24,060 nucleotides of DNA, taken from assembly GCA_003133285.1 (NCBI GenBank), contig PKWR01000129.1, positions 462-24,521 on the forward strand. Reading direction: 5' to 3'. The DNA comes from Coriobacteriia bacterium. Its GTDB lineage: Bacteria; Actinomycetota; Coriobacteriia; Anaerosomatales; PALSA-660. The stretch's first letter is position 1. Every line of letters starts with the position of its first letter. Made by a program: the position numbers and the translations under genes. This document shows, in pieces, positions 1 to 11,983 of the stretch. The notes beneath the pieces were generated by a model. The model saw only the letters and a list, made by a program, of their open reading frames with translations, was not told the DNA's origin and made no database searches.

Positions 1-333
1 TGGAACCTCGACCGTGCGATCTGGATCCTGCAGGGCAGGACCCGCGACATGGAGGTGTTCAGCGACTACAACTACGACGTCGGCGCCGTGCCCGGCTACT
101 CGACCTACGAGGTCCCGTACGTGATGCCGGTCCACGAGAACGGCGAGTGGAAGTACAAGAGCGTCGCGGGCCGCAAGCTCGACCGCCAGAAGGTCGAGGA
201 CTGGAAGACGAAGTTCTTCACGCTCGAAGGCTGGGACACCAAGACGGGCTGGCCCACGCGCACGACCCTGTCCAAGCTCGGTCTCGACAACGTCGCAGAC
301 GAGCTCGAAGCGAACAAGAAGCTCGGAAGCTAG
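1..333 (+). CDS. Aldehyde:ferredoxin oxidoreductase family (W/Mo-pterin, YdhV-like), C-terminal fragment; 5' end lies outside the window
   Basis: Frame is open from base 1 (WNLDRAIWILQGRTRDM...). It ends with LDRQKVEDWKTKFFTLEGWDTKTGWPTRTTLSKLGL, the typical AOR C-terminal 'YY..RGWD..G.PT..TL..LGL' pattern. Stop TAG at 331-333. Confidence 0.8.
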   Translation, partial: WNLDRAIWILQGRTRDMEVFSDYNYDVGAVPGYSTYEVPYVMPVHENGEWKYKSVAGRKLDRQKVEDWKTKFFTLEGWDTKTGWPTRTTLSKLGLDNVADELEANKKLGS

Positions 334-347
334 TGGAGGCGCACGCG

Positions 348-764
348 ATGACAATCACGTTGGGCGAGCCGACGCCGGAATCGGCGGCAAGGCTTCTCGG
401 TGAGGTCGTGTTCGAGAAGCGCCTGGTCGGCACCAAGATGAGCGCCATGGGTGGAGCCAATCCTCTCCCGTTGTTCAGTCTGGAGGAAGTCACTGACTTC
501 ATTCACATAGACGACTACGAGACCGCGCTGATGAGCAAGTCGGCGACCGTGGGATACATAGAGCCTTCGGCGCTCGCTCGCTGGGTGTCGGAGGTCCTCG
601 GGGACGAGGGGCTCGCAGCCGCGATACTCGAGCGCGCCGCGGAGGGCGACAACTACGGCTCTGTTGCGATGCCGATCAAGGAACTGCTCCTGGAGCGTAT
701 CCAGCAGTGCCGCGAGGTGCTCGCACCTGTCGAACCCGGTCGGGACCGACCGGCGGACGACTAG
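348..764 (+). CDS. Hypothetical protein, 138 aa, downstream of the AOR gene
   Basis: GGAGG at 335-339, ATG at 348. Protein-like composition from MTITLGEPTPE onward; the upstream extension shown in the ORF track is the off-frame AOR tail. No family recognised. Confidence 0.75.
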   Translation: MTITLGEPTPESAARLLGEVVFEKRLVGTKMSAMGGANPLPLFSLEEVTDFIHIDDYETALMSKSATVGYIEPSALARWVSEVLGDEGLAAAILERAAEGDNYGSVAMPIKELLLERIQQCREVLAPVEPGRDRPADD

Positions 765-774
765 CACAGCCGAC

Positions 775-808
775 CGGGTGGCCACCGCCTCGAAGCGGTG
801 GCCACCCG
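775..808 (+). terminator. Perfect 14-bp GC-rich hairpin without U-tract (terminator or mRNA-stabilising stem)
   Basis: CGGGTGGCCACCGC (775-788), loop CTCGAA, GCGGTGGCCACCCG (795-808), 10 nt after the stop at 764. Confidence 0.55.
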
Positions 809-848
809 AGGCCCGGCTCCGCGCGGTCACCCGAGGGAGCAGCACGGA

Positions 849-2132
849 ATGGACGTCATCCTCTTCAACGCACCGGTCACGGTCCGCAACGAGCACGCGC
901 GGCTCTCGCCGCCGCTCGGGTTGGCCTACCTGGCTTCGGCCCTGCGGGCGGACGGCCGCACCGTCAGCGCGGTCGACTTCAACGTCAGCGGTCTGAATCT
1001 GCGACGCGTCGACTCGATCATCGCCTACGACAAGCCGGCGATCGTCGGCATCTCGGCGATGACGGAGACCTATCCCAACGCACTTGCGATCGCGCGACGG
1101 GTCAAGGAGCTCGCACCGAAGACCGTGGTGGTCCTCGGCGGCGCGCATCCGACGATCCTGCCGCAGGCGGTCGTTGCGGAGGACGGAGTGGACTACGTCA
1201 TCGCGGGTGCGGGCGAACAGGGGCTCGCGCGTCTCGCGGCCTTCGTGCTCGAAGGTGAGGGATCTCCCGGTGACATCCCCGGACTCGCGTGGCGCGACGG
1301 CGACACCGTCCGCGCGAACCCCCGGGCCGCGCTCTCGGATCCCGACGAGTTGCCGCGCCCCGCCCGCGATCTCTTCCCGACCGAGTTCTACCGCGACAAA
1401 TGGAACGTGCTCACGGCGACCGGCAGTTGTCCGTTCCGCTGTCCCTTCTGCTCCGCCGGTTCGTTGTGGCAGGGCCGCAGGCGCATGCGCAGTCCCGGGA
1501 GCATCGCCGCAGAGCTGCGGGACCTGTCCGCGGACCACGGCGTCGACCGCGTCTTCTTCACCGACGACCTGTTCACGATGGACAAGGCCTGGGTGCGCGA
1601 ACTGGCGCAGGAACTGCGCAACCTGGAGCGCCCCGTCGAATGGGGCTGCGCGACCAGGGTCGACCAGGTGGACGCGGAGCTGCTGCGCGTCATGGCGGAG
1701 GCCGGTTGCGACGGTATCCAGTTCGGCGTGGAGTCGGGTTCCCAACGGATCCTCGACTCGGTGAAGGGCATCGACAAGGCGGAGGTGCTCGAGGCGATTC
1801 GGTCGGCGGTGGCCGTCGGCATCGATACCGTCTCCTCGTTCATGGTGCCGTTCCCCGAGGACACGCGGGAGACGCTGGCGGAGTCCCACGCGTTCATGCG
1901 CGAGGTGCGCGACGCGGGCAGCCGCATCTTCCTCTCCTACACGTGCCCGTACCCCGGGACGGTCTTTCACGACAAGGCGGACGAGCTCGGCCTCCACATC
2001 CTGAGCGACCGCTGGGACGAGTACGACGCCAAGCACGTGGTGATGGAGACGCGCCATCTGAGCGCCGGCGAGATCGAGTCGATCGTCTCCGACATGGCCG
2101 GGGACCTGGGTCTGCTGAAGAGCGTGGGCTGA
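849..2132 (+). CDS. Cobalamin-binding radical SAM protein (class B methyltransferase-like), 427 aa
   Basis: N-terminal B12-binding domain motifs (PPLGLAYLASAL, IVGIS, VVLGGAHPT), radical SAM motif CPFRCPFC, then FFTDD.F, GVESGS and YPGT. GAGGGAG upstream of ATG 849. Confidence 0.9.
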   Translation: MDVILFNAPVTVRNEHARLSPPLGLAYLASALRADGRTVSAVDFNVSGLNLRRVDSIIAYDKPAIVGISAMTETYPNALAIARRVKELAPKTVVVLGGAHPTILPQAVVAEDGVDYVIAGAGEQGLARLAAFVLEGEGSPGDIPGLAWRDGDTVRANPRAALSDPDELPRPARDLFPTEFYRDKWNVLTATGSCPFRCPFCSAGSLWQGRRRMRSPGSIAAELRDLSADHGVDRVFFTDDLFTMDKAWVRELAQELRNLERPVEWGCATRVDQVDAELLRVMAEAGCDGIQFGVESGSQRILDSVKGIDKAEVLEAIRSAVAVGIDTVSSFMVPFPEDTRETLAESHAFMREVRDAGSRIFLSYTCPYPGTVFHDKADELGLHILSDRWDEYDAKHVVMETRHLSAGEIESIVSDMAGDLGLLKSVG

Positions 2133-2252
2133 GAGCCGCGTTCGAGCTGTATGAGCTGCCAAGAGGGCAGGGCGATCTCGTTCCTGCTGTGCCGGCACGG
2201 GGCGGCAAAACCCTCCTTGCGCGTTCTGCCCTCTTCTCAGCAGGCCGACGTT

Positions 2253-3308
2253 CTAGCCGGGGATCCTGCCCAGGCCGACCATGCCGATCACGATCAGCAC
2301 GAGCACGATGATCGAGTCGATGCCGACGCGCCAATGGTTCTTCTCGGGTCGCACGATCACGCTCGTCGCGTACACCATGGTGACGAGGATGCCGAGCCCC
2401 GCCAGCCAACTGTTCTGCGCGCCAGCCGCAGCCAAGGTCGCCTTTCCGGCCAGCACGTCGGCGAGCAGGAAGAGGCACACCTGGAAGGCGTTGCCCCCGA
2501 AGATGTCGCCCATCACGAGCTGGTTGTCTCCGAGGCGCGCCGCCGTGATGCCGGTGGCGATCTCGGGCAGGGCGCTCGCGATCGAAAGCACGGTCGCGCC
2601 GAAGATGACGCCGCCGATGCCGTAGTTGTTGGCCAGCTGCGCACCGCTCTGCATCAGCGCGACGCCCGCTCCCAAGGTCACCGCGGAGCCCGCGACGAAG
2701 ATGGCGACGATCCGACCGGTCACCAGCTTCGCGTACGGGTGGACGACGACGGGATGCGGGACCCTGCGGTGGGGACGCCCCGGACGGCTGCCCGGCATGA
2801 CGATCTCCCACTTCGGCGCGGTCCGCACGCGGTTGATCACGAGCATGCCGAAGAGCCACACGATCACGATGGCGATCGATGCGGGGCTGACCCCGAACAC
2901 GACCGTCGTCGGCGGCAGGAGCGCTCCGAGCATGGCGAGCGCGGTCACGCCGACCACGAGCGAGGCCTCGAGCACCGGGATGAGCGAGCCCACGAGGTAG
3001 CTGAGCGGCTTCTTCTCGGTCACGAAGTAGTCGCAGATGACGAGCACGGCCGTCTGGATCGCGATCCCGCCGAGCAGGTTGCCGGCCGCGATGTCCAGCC
3101 GGTGGGCGAGCGCGGCGCTGACGGTGATCGCGAGCTCGGGAAGGCTGCCGGAGATGGCGAGCAGGATCATCCCGCCGAACGCCTCGCCGAGCTTCCAGCG
3201 CTCGTCGAGCGCATCGGTGGCGCGCGAAAGGAACACGCCCGCGATCCACGTCGCCGCGGCGCCTGCCGCGAAGATGAGCACCAGCAGCGGGTTCGAGAGG
3301 GCGTTCAC
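2253..3308 (-). CDS. Cation/Ca2+ exchanger (CaCA, YrbG-like sodium:calcium antiporter family)
   Basis: About 10 hydrophobic helices with two alpha-repeats: SGSLPELAITVSAA...AAGNLLGG and ASALPEIATGITAA...GDIFGGN. GTG start overlaps the larE stop (GTGA). Confidence 0.85.
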   Translation of the reverse strand: MNALSNPLLVLIFAAGAAATWIAGVFLSRATDALDERWKLGEAFGGMILLAISGSLPELAITVSAALAHRLDIAAGNLLGGIAIQTAVLVICDYFVTEKKPLSYLVGSLIPVLEASLVVGVTALAMLGALLPPTTVVFGVSPASIAIVIVWLFGMLVINRVRTAPKWEIVMPGSRPGRPHRRVPHPVVVHPYAKLVTGRIVAIFVAGSAVTLGAGVALMQSGAQLANNYGIGGVIFGATVLSIASALPEIATGITAARLGDNQLVMGDIFGGNAFQVCLFLLADVLAGKATLAAAGAQNSWLAGLGILVTMVYATSVIVRPEKNHWRVGIDSIIVLVLIVIGMVGLGRIPG

Positions 3309-4126
3309 GCGCGGTCACGCTCCTCGAGCGTCTCGTTGAGGGACCCGGTCCGGTAGCCGTCGAGGTCCAGCGTCGCGTATGCGAAACCGGCCGACCTCAG
3401 GGCCGCCGACAGTTCGCGGCGCAACGTCCAGGCCGTCTCGAGCTCGCCGGGCTCGACCTCGAGGCGCGCGACGTCGCCGTGTGAGCGCACGCGGAACTGG
3501 CCGAGCCCCAGCGCGCGGACGCCGTCCTCGGCCGCTCTCACGCGCGTGAGCCCGACGCGATCGATCGGCGTGCCGTAGGGGAAGCGCGAGGCGAGGCACG
3601 CCATCGACGGCTTGTCGGCCGTCGGCAGACCCAGCTCCCGCGAGATCGCGCGGATGTCGTCCTTGGTCAGCCCCGCGTCCTGGAGCGGACTGACGACTCC
3701 CAGCTCCACGGCCGCGCGGCGCCCCGGCCGGTGGTCCGCCAGGTCGTCCGCGTTGCTGCCGTCCGCGACGAAGGCGAGGCCCCGGGTGCGCGCGACCTCG
3801 CACAGCAGCCCGAACACCTCCTGCTTGCAGTGGTAGCACCGGTCGGGAGGGTTCGTGGCGAAGGCGGGGGAGTCCAGCGCGTCCGTCTCGACCTCGAGAA
3901 GGTCCAGTCCCAGCTCCTCGGCGGTGGCGCGCGCGGACTCGGTCTCCGTGCGGGGGTAGATCTCGGACACGGCGAGGACGGCGAGCATGTGCTCGCCCAG
4001 CACGTCACGCGCGACGAAGGCCAGCAGCGTCGAGTCCACGCCGCCGGAGTAGGCCACGAGCACACTGTCCAGCTGCGCGATCCGTTCGCGCAGGGCGTCG
4101 TACTTCAGCGCAGCCGTAGGATCCAA
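3305..4126 (-). CDS. larE: LarE-family ATP-dependent sulfur transferase (PP-loop)
   Basis: VAYSGGVDS PP-loop, RCYHCK, DGSNADD...RPG, KPSMACLASRFPYG, RVRSHG, DLDGYRTGSLN. Start placed at TTG 4126, 7 nt after AGGAGGA. Confidence 0.88.
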   Translation of the reverse strand: MDPTAALKYDALRERIAQLDSVLVAYSGGVDSTLLAFVARDVLGEHMLAVLAVSEIYPRTETESARATAEELGLDLLEVETDALDSPAFATNPPDRCYHCKQEVFGLLCEVARTRGLAFVADGSNADDLADHRPGRRAAVELGVVSPLQDAGLTKDDIRAISRELGLPTADKPSMACLASRFPYGTPIDRVGLTRVRAAEDGVRALGLGQFRVRSHGDVARLEVEPGELETAWTLRRELSAALRSAGFAYATLDLDGYRTGSLNETLEERDRA

Positions 4127-4155
4127 GAGAAGGTCCTCCTCGGGAGGGTGGTGAG

Positions 4156-4707
4156 CTAGTACGTGGGGCGCTCGAGGTCGGGGTGCCAGGCGCACTCGCT
4201 GCCGGCCCCCACCCAGCGGGCGGCCACGTACAGCAGGTCGCTCGCTCGGTTCAGGAAAGCCAGTACCTCGGCGTCGACCGGGTCGGACTCGCTAAGCGCC
4301 ACCGCCTTGCGTTCCGCGCGGCGGACGGCCGCGCGCGCGACGTGCAGCCGCGCGGAGGCCTCGTCGCATCCGGGGAGCACGAAGCCGGCGAAGCCGCCGG
4401 TCCGGCGGCTGTAGTGGTCGATGGTAGCCTCGAGCGCTGCGACGTCGGCGGCGTCGACCTGAGGCGAGCCGCTGGGGGGCTTCGGGCCCAAGGCGCAGGC
4501 GGCGCAGTTGAACAGGCGGTGCTGCAGGAACTCCAGAGCGGTGTCCAGCCCGCTATCGAGCACATGGGAGCGCGCGAAGCCGATCAGGCAGTTCGCCTCG
4601 TCCAGAGCGCCGTAGAACTCGACGTGTGGGTCGGACTTCAAGACGCGCTTCCCGCCGACGATCGAGGTCGAGCCGTCGTCGCCTGTGCGCGTGTAGATGT
4701 CGGGCAT
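4156..4707 (-). CDS. pduO: PduO-type ATP:cob(I)alamin adenosyltransferase
   Basis: IYTRTGDDGST, YGALDEAN, GFVLPG, LHVARAAVRRAER, FLNRASDLLY are all PduO signature motifs. Confidence 0.9.
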   Translation of the reverse strand: MPDIYTRTGDDGSTSIVGGKRVLKSDPHVEFYGALDEANCLIGFARSHVLDSGLDTALEFLQHRLFNCAACALGPKPPSGSPQVDAADVAALEATIDHYSRRTGGFAGFVLPGCDEASARLHVARAAVRRAERKAVALSESDPVDAEVLAFLNRASDLLYVAARWVGAGSECAWHPDLERPTY

Positions 4708-4738
4708 GAGGGCTCCCGGTCGCTGCGTCGGATCGGTC

Positions 4739-4766
4739 GTGCGGTACGTTCACATCGTACCCGCAC
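4739..4766 (-). terminator. Hairpin immediately after glnD; also contains a TACGAT -10-like hexamer (4754-4759, minus strand) that could drive pduO
   Basis: GTGCGGTACG (4739-4748) pairs with CGTACCCGCAC (4756-4766) with one bulge, 7 nt downstream of the glnD stop. Confidence 0.4.
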
Positions 4767-4773
4767 GCCGCCG

Positions 4774-7083
4774 TCAGCGCGTGGTGGCGGCGACCTGGAT
4801 GCGCTCCCTGATACGCATCGCGAGGTGTCCGAGCGCTCCAGCGTCGGTGACCGGCTCCCCGGACTCGTCGGTGGCGTGGAACACGTCGTTGGCGACGCCG
4901 CTCCGGGTGACGGCGCGCGCCCACGTGAGACGCAGGCCCGTGTCGGCGAACGCGCGGGAGATGTCGTAGAGCAGGCCGGGCCGGTCTGCGGCGCGCACGC
5001 GGACCGCGGTGGCGTAGGCGCCTGTGTCTTCGACCCGCACCAGCGTGCGCGCACGTGCGCGCGGCGGATAGTGGCGCTTGCGCTCGGCCAGGCGGGTCGC
5101 GAGCCCGGCGGGATCGGCCAGGCCTGCGCCCAGATGGCGCTGGAACGCGGCCCACGTGGACGTGTCGATCCCGGCGCGGGTGTCCGAGCGCACCACGAAG
5201 ACGTCGAGCGCGACCCCGCCGTGCGCGTCCCATGCGTCGGCGGCATGGATGTCGAGTCCCGACAGGCACAGGGCGCCGCACAGCGTCGCGAAGAGGCCGG
5301 GACGGTCCGGGGCGGCGACGCTGACGCGCCACGTGCCGGACGTGGGCCCGCCGGCAACGGCGACCGCGAACGCGTTCGGAAGCCCGCTGCCCGCGACCTC
5401 GGCGACGAGCCCGGCGTGGCTCACCACGGCTTCGGGCGCGACCGCGGCGAGGTAGCGCAGCGGGGCCCGGAGGACGAAGGCGGCTGCGCGCGCCGACGGC
5501 TGTTCACCCAGGAGGGCCAACGCGGCGGCGCGTGTGACCTCCGCCCTGTCGACCGTACCGGCGCTCGCGAACGAGCCCGAGAGGGAGGCGCGCAGGCGGT
5601 CGGCCAGCTCGCCGACGAGCGCCGCGTGCCACGCACTCCAGGCGCCCGGTCCCGTCGCCAACGCGTCGGCCGCGGTGAGCACGAACAGGGAGTCGACGAG
5701 GTCGCGGCGTGGGACGAGCGCGGCCGTGCGCACGATCACGTCCTCGTCGTGGATATCGCGCCCCGCGGCGGTCTCGGCGAGCAGCAGGTGCTCGCGCACG
5801 AGCAGGGCCGCGTCGTCCACCTGCTCGGGCGCGAGACCGAAGCGGACGCCGAGGGTGCGGACCGCGGCCTCGCCGCGTTCGGCGTGACCCGGGCCGCGCT
5901 GCGACTTGCCCACGTCGTGCAGGAAGGCCGCGGTCAGGAGCGGGCGCCGGTCCCCCGTGCCCTCGAGCGCTCGCATGATGTCGGGCTGGGTGCTCGCGCT
6001 CGCGATCGTGGTGGCGCACCGCAGGCAGTGCGCGCCGACGGTGAAGGCGTGCGACAGCGCCGGCCGGCGCACGTGCATGAGCTCGCCGAAGGCGGGTGCG
6101 AGGTCGTCGAGCAGTCCCGCCCACGCGGCCTCCTCCAGCGAAGGCAGCGCGTCATCGCCGCGGTCGAGCAGGCCGAACAGACCCTCGCCCTCGATTGCCG
6201 CCGGCGCACCCAGGCGCGGGTCGAAAGCGGTCGGTTGGCCGGCGAGCCTTCCGCGGACCCGGCGCGTAAGGTGATGCACGTCGGCCAGCGCGCCCTGCAG
6301 CGCCTCGGCGTCGAGCCCGGACTCCTCCGCCTCCTCGATCGTGAGCGTGGCGGACGCGCGCGGCGCCGCGCGATGCACCACCCAGCGGCCCGCGTCCAGC
6401 AGACCGGCAGCGCGGTCGAGCGCCTCGACCTCGCGCTCGCCCAGCAGGCCGAGCCTGCACAGAGCGGCCGGTCCCGGCTGCGGCGCGCCGCTGAGAACGG
6501 CTGCGAGCCACGTGAGCTCGTCGAGGTCGCGCCGCCCGCCCGCACCGTCCTTGAGGTCGGGCTCGAGCAGGTAGGGGGAGCTCGGGCGTTCGCGGGCGGT
6601 CAGCGCGGGGACGAGCTTGCGCGAGCGCTTGTACGCGCCGGCTGCAGCCTCCGCCAGCACCCGCTGCCCGAGCGCCGCGTCGCCGCACAGCACGCGGCCG
6701 GTCAGCGTGGCGGTGAGCGTCTCGAGGTCGTCGCGGACCGCACGCTCGTGATCGCGACGCGATCGCACCTGATGGCCGACCGAGAGGCCTGCGTCCCACA
6801 GCGGGTAGAGCACGCCGGTCAGGGCGGGCCGCAGCTCGTTCGCGGGCGCGTCGGTCACCACCAGGAGGTCGAGGTCGGAGTGCGGCAGCAGCCGGTGCGC
6901 GCCCCAGCCGCCGAGCGCGAGCACGGCCCACGGCGAGCGAAGGGGAGACAGGGCCGTCTCCGCGAGCGCGGAGACGGCCCTGTCGGTCAGGTCGCTGAGA
7001 GCACGGGCGGCGTCGCTCCCCGGTGTCGCCGAGGAGACGAGCTCCGTCCTCTGCGCGAGGAAGCCCGCGACGTCGGCGCCCAC
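4774..7083 (-). CDS. glnD: [Protein-PII] nucleotidyltransferase / removing enzyme
   Basis: NT domain ALGGWG...PHSDLDLL, EPDLKDGAGGRRD, HD domain (TVGAHC...FLHDVGK...GHAERG), and two C-terminal ACT domains (APDRPGLF; AADRPGLLYDI). Follows amt and P-II. Confidence 0.92.
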   Translation of the reverse strand: MGADVAGFLAQRTELVSSATPGSDAARALSDLTDRAVSALAETALSPLRSPWAVLALGGWGAHRLLPHSDLDLLVVTDAPANELRPALTGVLYPLWDAGLSVGHQVRSRRDHERAVRDDLETLTATLTGRVLCGDAALGQRVLAEAAAGAYKRSRKLVPALTARERPSSPYLLEPDLKDGAGGRRDLDELTWLAAVLSGAPQPGPAALCRLGLLGEREVEALDRAAGLLDAGRWVVHRAAPRASATLTIEEAEESGLDAEALQGALADVHHLTRRVRGRLAGQPTAFDPRLGAPAAIEGEGLFGLLDRGDDALPSLEEAAWAGLLDDLAPAFGELMHVRRPALSHAFTVGAHCLRCATTIASASTQPDIMRALEGTGDRRPLLTAAFLHDVGKSQRGPGHAERGEAAVRTLGVRFGLAPEQVDDAALLVREHLLLAETAAGRDIHDEDVIVRTAALVPRRDLVDSLFVLTAADALATGPGAWSAWHAALVGELADRLRASLSGSFASAGTVDRAEVTRAAALALLGEQPSARAAAFVLRAPLRYLAAVAPEAVVSHAGLVAEVAGSGLPNAFAVAVAGGPTSGTWRVSVAAPDRPGLFATLCGALCLSGLDIHAADAWDAHGGVALDVFVVRSDTRAGIDTSTWAAFQRHLGAGLADPAGLATRLAERKRHYPPRARARTLVRVEDTGAYATAVRVRAADRPGLLYDISRAFADTGLRLTWARAVTRSGVANDVFHATDESGEPVTDAGALGHLAMRIRERIQVAATTR

Positions 7084-7088
7084 GGAGG

Positions 7089-7454
<366 letters not shown>

Positions 7455-8684
7455 CTAGAACTCGTACCCGGTTTCCGCGTGCTCCGCGACGTCCAGGCCC
7501 GTCGCCTCGGACTCCTCGTCAACACGCAGGCCGATCGTAAGGTCGATACATTTCAGGATGATTGCGGATGCGATAAGGGAGAAAGCTATCGTCGCGCCGA
7601 CGCCGACGAGCTGCTTGCCCAGCAGTGCCAGGCCGCCTCCGAAGAGCAGGCCGTTGGCTCCGGCGGAGTTGACCGTGACGCTCGCGAAGACGCCCGTCAG
7701 TATCGCCCCGGTCGCGCCGCCCACCCCGTGGACCCCGACGACGTCGAGCGCGTCGTCGAAGCCGAAGCGCGACTTGAGGCGGAGGCCGAAGTAGCACAGG
7801 CAGCCGGTGATCGCGCCGATCGCCAGTGCGGGCATCGGCCCGACGAAGCCCGCGGCGGGCGTGATGCCCACGAGGCCCGCGACGGCGCCCGAAGCCGCGC
7901 CCAGGACCGTCGGCTTGCGTCCGGTGAGGACCTCGGCCGCGGTCCACGCGAGCATTCCGGCGGCCGCCGAGAGGTTGGTCGCCAGGAACGCGGAGCCCGC
8001 GAGCTGGCCGGAGCCGAGCGCGGAGCCAGCGTTGAAGCCGAACCACCCGAACCACAGGATCCCGGCGCCGAGCACCGACATCGGCACGTTGTGCGGTCGC
8101 AGTTCCTCGGTGCCGTAGCCCTTTCGCTTGCCGAGCATGAGCGCCGCGGCCAGCGCCGCCGCCGCCGACGCGATGTGGACGACGGTGCCGCCGGCGAAGT
8201 CGAGCGCGCCGAGCTTCTGGAGCCAGCCGCCGCCCCAGACCCAGTGGGCGAGGGGGCTGTAGACGAGCAGCGACCACAGGGCGGCGAACGCGACGAAGGC
8301 CTTGAACTTCATCCGCTCCGCGACCGCGCCGGAGATGAGACCGACCGTGATGATGGCGAACATGCCCTGGTACATGGCGAAGACGCTGGTCGGGATCGCC
8401 GATGGGCCGGTACCTGTCACCGCACCGACCACGCCGTCGAGGCCGAGGTGGGAGAGCCCGCCGATCACTCCGCCGTGGTCGCCTCCGAAGGCGAGCGTGT
8501 AGCCGATCGCCGCCCAGATCACCGAGACCAAGCCCATCGCGAAGAGCGAGTGCATGGTCGACGACAGCACGTTCCTGCTGCGCACCATCCCCGCGTAGAA
8601 GAGCGCGAGCCCGGGGGTCATGAACAGCACCAGGGCTGTGGAGACGAGCATCCAAGCGGTGGAACCGGTGTCGACGGCCGGCAT
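7455..8684 (-). CDS. amtB: Ammonium transporter, 409 aa
   Basis: DTGSTAWML...LFMTPGLALFYAG, HWVWGGGWL, DFAGGTVVH, WFGWFGFNAGS, FDDALDVVGVHG. AAGGAGG precedes ATG 8684; the ORF-track extension to 9077 is not real. Confidence 0.95.
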   Translation of the reverse strand: MPAVDTGSTAWMLVSTALVLFMTPGLALFYAGMVRSRNVLSSTMHSLFAMGLVSVIWAAIGYTLAFGGDHGGVIGGLSHLGLDGVVGAVTGTGPSAIPTSVFAMYQGMFAIITVGLISGAVAERMKFKAFVAFAALWSLLVYSPLAHWVWGGGWLQKLGALDFAGGTVVHIASAAAALAAALMLGKRKGYGTEELRPHNVPMSVLGAGILWFGWFGFNAGSALGSGQLAGSAFLATNLSAAAGMLAWTAAEVLTGRKPTVLGAASGAVAGLVGITPAAGFVGPMPALAIGAITGCLCYFGLRLKSRFGFDDALDVVGVHGVGGATGAILTGVFASVTVNSAGANGLLFGGGLALLGKQLVGVGATIAFSLIASAIILKCIDLTIGLRVDEESEATGLDVAEHAETGYEF

Positions 8685-8756
8685 GAGGGCCTCCTTCATC
8701 GGGAACGGCGAGGGCGGCCTTCCTTGCGCCGCCCACAGACACCCTAAGGGCCGCAT

Positions 8757-8815
8757 GTTTCGCCGGTGTTTCTGCACCGTGACGCTGCGAAGAACCTCCG
8801 AAACACGGGGGAAAC
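8757..8815 (-). promoter_or_regulatory. Actinobacterial GlnR-type boxes upstream of amt
   Basis: The minus strand reads GTCAC-n6-GAAAC-n6-GAAAC (8783 to 8757), fitting the gTnAc-n6-GaAAc consensus. A second GAAAC-n6-GAAAC lies on the plus strand at 8800-8815. Confidence 0.7.
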
Positions 8816-8847
8816 GAACGGCCCTTGGTGTAGAGTGGCCCGAGGTA

Positions 8848-8861
8848 CGAACACGTGTTCG
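8848..8861. promoter_or_regulatory. LexA (SOS/Cheo) box upstream of uvrA
   Basis: Perfect palindrome CGAACACGTGTTCG matching the Gram-positive CGAAC-N4-GTTCG consensus. TACAAT -10 at 8876-8881 places the -35 region within the box. Confidence 0.85.
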
Positions 8862-8937
8862 ATTGCCCGTGTGCGTACAATGAAGGTTCGTGAGAAACCG
8901 CTCCTGAAATCGGCGCGACAGGAAGGACCCCGGAACC

Positions 8938-11826
<2,889 letters not shown>

Positions 11827-11983
11827 CCCCGATATACAGCGAAAAGCAGATGCTATGCAGCGAGAATGCTTGGCATGCGATTCGCAAGTCGGGCGTGGGG
11901 CCCCGCTGGAGACCCTGGGATACCGTTCGGCGGCGCTGAGCGCCCACTCGGCGGATTGGTGTCAGAGACGGCTCGAAGGTGCA

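Noticed and set aside
11871-11886. Sigma54-like -24/-12 element TGGCATGCGATTCGCA
   Set aside because: GG-N10-GC spacing is right but two consensus positions mismatch. A good sigma70 promoter lies closer to the gene, and most actinobacteria lack sigma54.
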